From Demequinaceae bacterium (GTDB taxonomy: Bacteria > Actinomycetota > Actinomycetes > Actinomycetales > Demequinaceae), in NCBI GenBank assembly GCA_965250005.1, contig OZ252279.1, positions 1,680,001 to 1,712,000 on the forward strand: DNA of 32,000 bases, read 5' to 3'. The notes below the pieces were generated by a model. The model worked only from the letters and a program-made list of their open reading frames with translations. It made no database searches and was not told the DNA's origin. A program made the translations under genes and the position numbers. This document shows positions 27,835 through 32,000 of the stretch, piece after piece; position 1 is the first letter of the stretch, and each line of letters opens with the position of its first letter.

Positions 27835-28679
27835 GGGTAGTAAAAAAAGCTGTGGACATCGGTCCGCGCTATGCCGGACACTCGCGCGCCGTAGTCATGA
27901 CAATGGGAGCGTTGCACGAAGGCCACCTATCGCTGGTGCGCACGGCGCGCGCCGCAGCGGACGAGGTTGTGGTCTCGATCTTCGTCAATCCGCTCCAGTT
28001 CGATCAGCCAGAGGACCTCGCCCGGTATCCGCGCACGCTGGACGAGGATGTCGAGATGCTCGAGGCCGCGGGTGTCGACGTGCTCTTCGCACCGCTCGCG
28101 AGCGACATGTACCCGCGGGGCGATCCAATCGTCCGCGTGAGTGCTGGGCGAATTGGCCAGGTGTTCGAGGGCGCGCATCGGCCTGGCCACTTTGACGGCG
28201 TGCTGACCGTCGTCATCAAACTGCTGCACATGACGCGTCCCGACCTTGCGATTTTTGGCCAGAAGGATGCGCAGCAACTGATCGCCATCAAGGCGATGGT
28301 GCGGGACCTTGACGTCCGTTCAGAGATCGTGGGCTCGCCTACCATTCGCAACGCGGAAGGTCTCGCGCTGTCGAGCCGCAACCGCTTCCTTTCGGAGGCG
28401 GACCACGCGAACGCGCTCAACCTCAGTGGCGCGCTGCTTGCAGCGGTCAGCCGTGCCGAAGCGGGCGACGGTGTGGGGGAGGTGCTTGCGGCGGGCTACG
28501 CGGTTCTGGCTGACGCCCCTCAAGTTCAGCTCGACTACTTCGTGGCGCTCGACCCCGGTACCAGCGAAGCAGTACCCAGCGGGCACGTGGGCGACGTTAT
28601 CCTCGCTGTCGCTGCCCGCGTTGGCGAAACACGGCTCATCGACAACATGGCAGCCAAGATCAAAGGAAGCACGTCATGA
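27831..28679 (+). CDS. panC: Pantoate--beta-alanine ligase
   Basis: TMGALHEGHLSLVRTAR, VSIFVNPLQFDQPEDLARYPRTLDED, FGQKDAQQLIAIKAMVRDL, SSRNRFL. ATGA overlap with upstream gene. Confidence 0.94.
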   Translation: MRVVKKAVDIGPRYAGHSRAVVMTMGALHEGHLSLVRTARAAADEVVVSIFVNPLQFDQPEDLARYPRTLDEDVEMLEAAGVDVLFAPLASDMYPRGDPIVRVSAGRIGQVFEGAHRPGHFDGVLTVVIKLLHMTRPDLAIFGQKDAQQLIAIKAMVRDLDVRSEIVGSPTIRNAEGLALSSRNRFLSEADHANALNLSGALLAAVSRAEAGDGVGEVLAAGYAVLADAPQVQLDYFVALDPGTSEAVPSGHVGDVILAVAARVGETRLIDNMAAKIKGSTS

Positions 28680-29143
28680 CATTCAAGACCCTGCAACGGC
28701 CCATGATGATCTGCAAAATTCATCGCGCGACTGTGACTCAGGCGGACCTACACTACGTCGGCTCGATCACTATTGATGCAACGCTCATGGAGGCTGCGGA
28801 TCTTATGCCCGGCCAGCAAGTCGATGTGGTCGACGTGACCAATGGCAACCGTCTCACCACGTATGCGATTCCGGGCGCCCCGGGCACGGGACAGATCTGC
28901 ATTAACGGCGCGGCTGCGCATTTGATCGACCCCGGCGACGTGGTGATCATTATCGCGTACGGGTTGATTGGGGACGAGGAAGCACATCACTACGAGCCTG
29001 CCGTGGTCTTTGTGGACGCGGACAACAAGATTGTGAACGTGGGCTGCGAGCCTGGAGAGGTGCCTGACGGCACCGACCTCAAGCGCTCGGGCGTCCCGAT
29101 AGGTGAGTTTCGCACCACCGGCTGGCCGGCGTTTCGGCGATGA
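28676..29143 (+). CDS. panD: Aspartate 1-decarboxylase
   Basis: MMICKIHRATVTQADLHYVGSITIDATLMEAAD, GQQVDVVDVTNGNRLTTYAIPG, GSG-type processing region, VIIIAYG. Confidence 0.95.
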   Translation: MTFKTLQRPMMICKIHRATVTQADLHYVGSITIDATLMEAADLMPGQQVDVVDVTNGNRLTTYAIPGAPGTGQICINGAAAHLIDPGDVVIIIAYGLIGDEEAHHYEPAVVFVDADNKIVNVGCEPGEVPDGTDLKRSGVPIGEFRTTGWPAFRR

Positions 29144-30837
29144 GTTTTGCACGGCGCCTAGTTGCGCCCGAGCCGGGCTGGGTTACCGAAGCCGACGTCA
29201 TTGTCATCGGGTCCGGTGTCGCGGGGTTGACTGCCGCACTAGAACTGCGCACCAAGGTGGACCGCGTGTTGGTGGTGACAAAGGGGGTGCTGTCCTCCGG
29301 GTCAACCGTGTGGGCGCAGGGTGGAATCGCGGCCGCGCTAGCTCCTGAAGACACTCCTGACGCGCACATGCGCGACACGCTGATCGCGGGGGCAGGCGTG
29401 TGCAGTGAGCGTGCTGTCGAGGCGCTGGTGACGGAGGGCCCGGAGCGGGTGCGCGACCTCATGGCGCGCGGCGCGAACTTCGACATTGGCGACGATGGAG
29501 GCATCTCGCTCACGCGTGAGGGCGGCCATCATGCGGATCGGATCGCGCACGCGGGCGGCGATGCAACGGGCGCCGAGATCTCACGCGCACTGATCGCGCA
29601 ACTCGAGGCGATTCGCACCGACCCAGGCATCGAAGTGATCGAACACGCGCTGGTGGTCGACCTCCTCACCGGCGCCCCCAATGCCGACGGCCTGCCCGGC
29701 CCCGTCTGCGGTGTCACCCTGCACGTGATTGGCGAGGGAACGCGCGACGGAATCGGCGCGGCGCTTGCCAAGGCCGTGATTGTTTCCACGGGCGGCATTG
29801 GCCAGGTGTTCATGGCATCGACTAACCCGCCCGCGGCCACGGGCGACGGCATCGCCATGGGCTTGCGTGCCGGCGCGGCAGTGGCCGACATCGAGTTTGT
29901 GCAGTTCCACCCGACCGTGCTGTGGCTGGGCTCGGGTGCGCGCGGCCAGCAGCCACTCATATCTGAGGCCGTTCGGGGCGAAGGCGCACTCCTGCTGAAC
30001 TCGGACGGCCAGCGGTTCATGCCCGAGGTCCACCCGCAGGCGGAACTCGCACCACGCGACGTGGTGTCGCACGCGATCGTTGAGCAGATCGCCAGCAACG
30101 GCGTCGAGAGCGTCTTCCTTGACGCGCGTCACCTTGGCCGTGAGTTTCTTGACGAGCGCTTCCCCACCATCCAGGCACGCCTGGAAGAGCACTCGCTTTC
30201 GCTGGCGCGGGACCTGATTCCCGTCGCGCCTGCGCAGCATTATCACTCGGGCGGAATCCTCACCGACCTGCGCGGGCGCAGCACGGTAGACGGCCTGTAC
30301 GCGGCGGGGGAGGCCGCGTGCACCGGAGTGCACGGCGCCAACCGGCTCGCATCCAACTCGCTGCTCGAGGGGCTCGTTTACGCGTACCGTGCGGCGCGCG
30401 ATGTGGCGACCCGCGTGGCCGACGGAGACCTGCCGCAGTTCAGCCCCGAGGAGCGTCCCGGCACCGTGGGTCTTCTCCCGGCCACCAAGCGCGCTGAAAT
30501 CCAGAAGCACGCGCATGCGGGTGGCGGGCCCGTCCGCAACGCGGACGGCATCATCGCTGCTCAGAAGGAGTTGAGGGCGATTCGCCGACCGGGGCGCTTC
30601 GATCATCCCGACGTCGAGGTCATTCCACAGACGGCAGAGTGGGAGACCACAAACGTCGCGCAGACGGCGGCCGTCTTGCTTGCCACCGCCTTCGAGCGCG
30701 AAGAGAGCCGCGGCGGGCACTTCCGTAGTGACTTCCCCGAGGATGACGACGCGTGGAAGGTGCGCATCGCAGCGCGGTTTGACGGGGACAACGAACTGGT
30801 GCTCGAGCGAGAGCCGCTGGAGCGCAAGTTGGCCTAG
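29140..30837 (+). CDS. nadB: L-aspartate oxidase
   Basis: DVIVIGSGVAGLTAALEL, GGIAAAL, HYHSGGILTDLRGRSTVDGLYAAGEAACTGVHGANRLASNSLLEGLVY; 4-bp overlap with panD. Confidence 0.95.
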   Translation: MSFARRLVAPEPGWVTEADVIVIGSGVAGLTAALELRTKVDRVLVVTKGVLSSGSTVWAQGGIAAALAPEDTPDAHMRDTLIAGAGVCSERAVEALVTEGPERVRDLMARGANFDIGDDGGISLTREGGHHADRIAHAGGDATGAEISRALIAQLEAIRTDPGIEVIEHALVVDLLTGAPNADGLPGPVCGVTLHVIGEGTRDGIGAALAKAVIVSTGGIGQVFMASTNPPAATGDGIAMGLRAGAAVADIEFVQFHPTVLWLGSGARGQQPLISEAVRGEGALLLNSDGQRFMPEVHPQAELAPRDVVSHAIVEQIASNGVESVFLDARHLGREFLDERFPTIQARLEEHSLSLARDLIPVAPAQHYHSGGILTDLRGRSTVDGLYAAGEAACTGVHGANRLASNSLLEGLVYAYRAARDVATRVADGDLPQFSPEERPGTVGLLPATKRAEIQKHAHAGGGPVRNADGIIAAQKELRAIRRPGRFDHPDVEVIPQTAEWETTNVAQTAAVLLATAFEREESRGGHFRSDFPEDDDAWKVRIAARFDGDNELVLEREPLERKLA

Positions 30838-30899
30838 CCGCGAGGTGGTCTAGTCGTGAGGAGCCGCGAATCTCTACAACGCTTCGGGCATCGCCTTCC

Positions 30900-31233
30900 G
30901 TGTCGCTCTGGCCCTCAATGGGAAACTCTGCGCGGCTCCACACGCTGGTGCCGCCGGCAACGTTAACCACGTCGTGGCCGCGCTCGGCTAGCCAGAGTCG
31001 GCACTGCTCGGAGCGGTTGCCGGTTTGGCAAATGAAATGAGGTAGATGGGGGACTCCATTGCGCGGAGCTCCTCGTGCCGTGCGGTGAGTTCGCTCATGG
31101 GCAATAGCGTCGCGCCTGCTGCGCGCCCACCGGCAAACTCGAGAGCCTCGCGCACGTCCACGAGCGTCCCGGGCTCCCCGGCCTGGAGTGAGGCGCGGAG
31201 CGCCCTCACGTCGACCGTGCCTTTAGGCAGCAC
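30900..31233 (-). pseudogene. Frameshifted rhodanese-like domain gene
   Basis: Frame 1 (31233 to 30988): VDVREALEFAGGRAAGATLLPMSELTARHEELRAMESPIYLIS. It then continues in another frame as CQTGNRSEQCRLWLAERGHDVVNVAGGTSVWSRAEFPIEG. Junction at a 2x AATGA (+ strand) tandem duplication, 31031-31040. The 3' boundary is uncertain. Confidence 0.85.
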
Positions 31234-31391
31234 GGTCCCACGATTCTGGGCGCGCTTGCTGGGCTTGCCCGCGATGAGGCGCAGGCACTTTGGGCCAGAA
31301 CTGATTCGTCTCCGTGTTCATTGTTGCCTTCCGGGTTCGGGGGTCCGACGACGGGCGCGAAATGACCCAGCGGGGGCGCGCAAGTGGGAAG

Positions 31392-31661
31392 TTAGGCGAG
31401 CGACATGAACATTTTTTGGAGGCGTTCGCGCGCCGCAGACGCCGTCTCGCCCTTGGCGATGCACTGCTCTAGCCCGGCCGCGATCATGGTGAATCCGGCG
31501 CGGTCGATGGCCTTGGACACCGCGGCGAGCTGGGTTACAACCTCCCCGCACTCACGGTTGTCCTCGATCATTCGCAAAATGCCGTCGAGTTGGCCGCGAG
31601 CGCGCTTGAGGCGCTTGACTACGGGCTCCATGTCCTCTTCCGTCAGGTGTACGTCGTTCAT
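31392..31661 (-). CDS. CsoR/FrmR/CstR (DUF156) family transcriptional regulator
   Basis: VVKRLKRARGQLDGILRMIEDNRECGEVVTQLAAVSKAIDRAGF...LEQC; Cys38 and Cys67 kept with 29-residue spacing. Confidence 0.92.
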   Translation of the reverse strand: MNDVHLTEEDMEPVVKRLKRARGQLDGILRMIEDNRECGEVVTQLAAVSKAIDRAGFTMIAAGLEQCIAKGETASAARERLQKMFMSLA

Positions 31662-31722
31662 TGCTTTGACTCCTCACGCCTGCATCGCACTAGTAGAAGC
31701 CCCTCCAGCGTTGCCGAAAGCA

Positions 31723-31736
31723 TACCCCCACTGGTA
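31723..31736. promoter_or_regulatory. Candidate CsoR-family operator upstream of the DUF156 regulator
   Basis: TACC-CCCACT-GGTA, an inverted repeat around a C-rich core, about 62 bp upstream of the regulator start codon and between it and divergent nadC. Confidence 0.45.
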
Positions 31737-31803
31737 CCCATTCCGGCCAGACCTCCGTCACAGTTGCGAAACTGGGCAAACCCGCAACAATGGGCAAGTG
31801 ACC

Positions 31804-32000
31804 ATGCCAGAAGAGTTCTATCAGGACCAGTCGCTCGACGCCAACTGGCTGGCCGAGATTGTCGAGCGCACGCTAACCGAGGATCTGGGCCCGAACCCCG
31901 GTCGCGACGTCACCACGCAATCCACCATCGGCGAGGATGCCGAGGTCGCCGGTGAGATTGTCGCCCGCGAGGGTGGAGTGGTCGCGGGGATTCCCGTGAT
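31804..32000 (+). CDS. nadC: Nicotinate-nucleotide pyrophosphorylase (quinolinate phosphoribosyltransferase), 5' end; runs off window
   Basis: ATG 31804: MPEEFYQDQSLDANWLAEIVERTLTEDLGPNPGRDVTTQSTIGEDAEVAGEIVAREGGVVAGIPV. Absent from the ORF track because no stop occurs before the window end. Confidence 0.88.
   Translation, partial: MPEEFYQDQSLDANWLAEIVERTLTEDLGPNPGRDVTTQSTIGEDAEVAGEIVAREGGVVAGIPV

Noticed and set aside
29581-30720. 379-aa minus-strand ORF antisense to nadB
   Set aside because: nadB is unambiguous on the + strand; the antisense frame shows no family motif.
31018-31045. Programmed ribosomal frameshift as explanation for the split rhodanese
   Set aside because: No X_XXY_YYZ slippery heptamer is present, and the exact TCATT tandem duplication explains the shift more simply. 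It also changes the active-site loop, so a simple -1 slip would leave an altered residue before the Cys.

Overview
This is a high-GC actinobacterial chromosomal segment. Gene content and order suggest Micrococcales, which is inference. It is mostly core housekeeping genes, left to right: topA 3' end, YHYH-motif lipoprotein plus a second lipoprotein, Gfo/Idh/MocA oxidoreductase, tmk, holB, a secreted TAP-like alpha/beta hydrolase, tRNA-Thr(CGT), a small membrane-anchored or secreted protein, a FAD/Fe-S oxidoreductase, metX (-), two tandem NlpC/P60 cell-wall hydrolases, ppa (-), dacB, tilS, hpt, ftsH, folE, folP, folB-folK fusion, DUF3180-like, two bPH-domain proteins, Rossmann/DUF2520, panC, panD, nadB, a broken rhodanese gene (-), a CsoR/CstR-family regulator (-), and the 5' end of nadC. 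No CRISPR array, transposase, phage or recognisable defence system was seen. The most interesting non-coding signals are: (1) a gapless duplicated promoter/leader upstream of both NlpC/P60 genes, with a shared TGAGACNAATCTCACA palindrome and a leader hairpin in which several base pairs change compensatorily between copies; (2) a 5-bp tandem duplication that frameshifts a rhodanese gene at its active-site Cys codon, next to a CsoR-family regulator lacking the copper-ligand His; (3) a degenerate 3' tRNA-Thr repeat about 0.69 kb downstream of the intact tRNA, enclosing one small secreted-protein gene; (4) a YHYH lipoprotein paired with a second lipoprotein. I did not find convincing evidence for a complete, previously undescribed multi-gene system.
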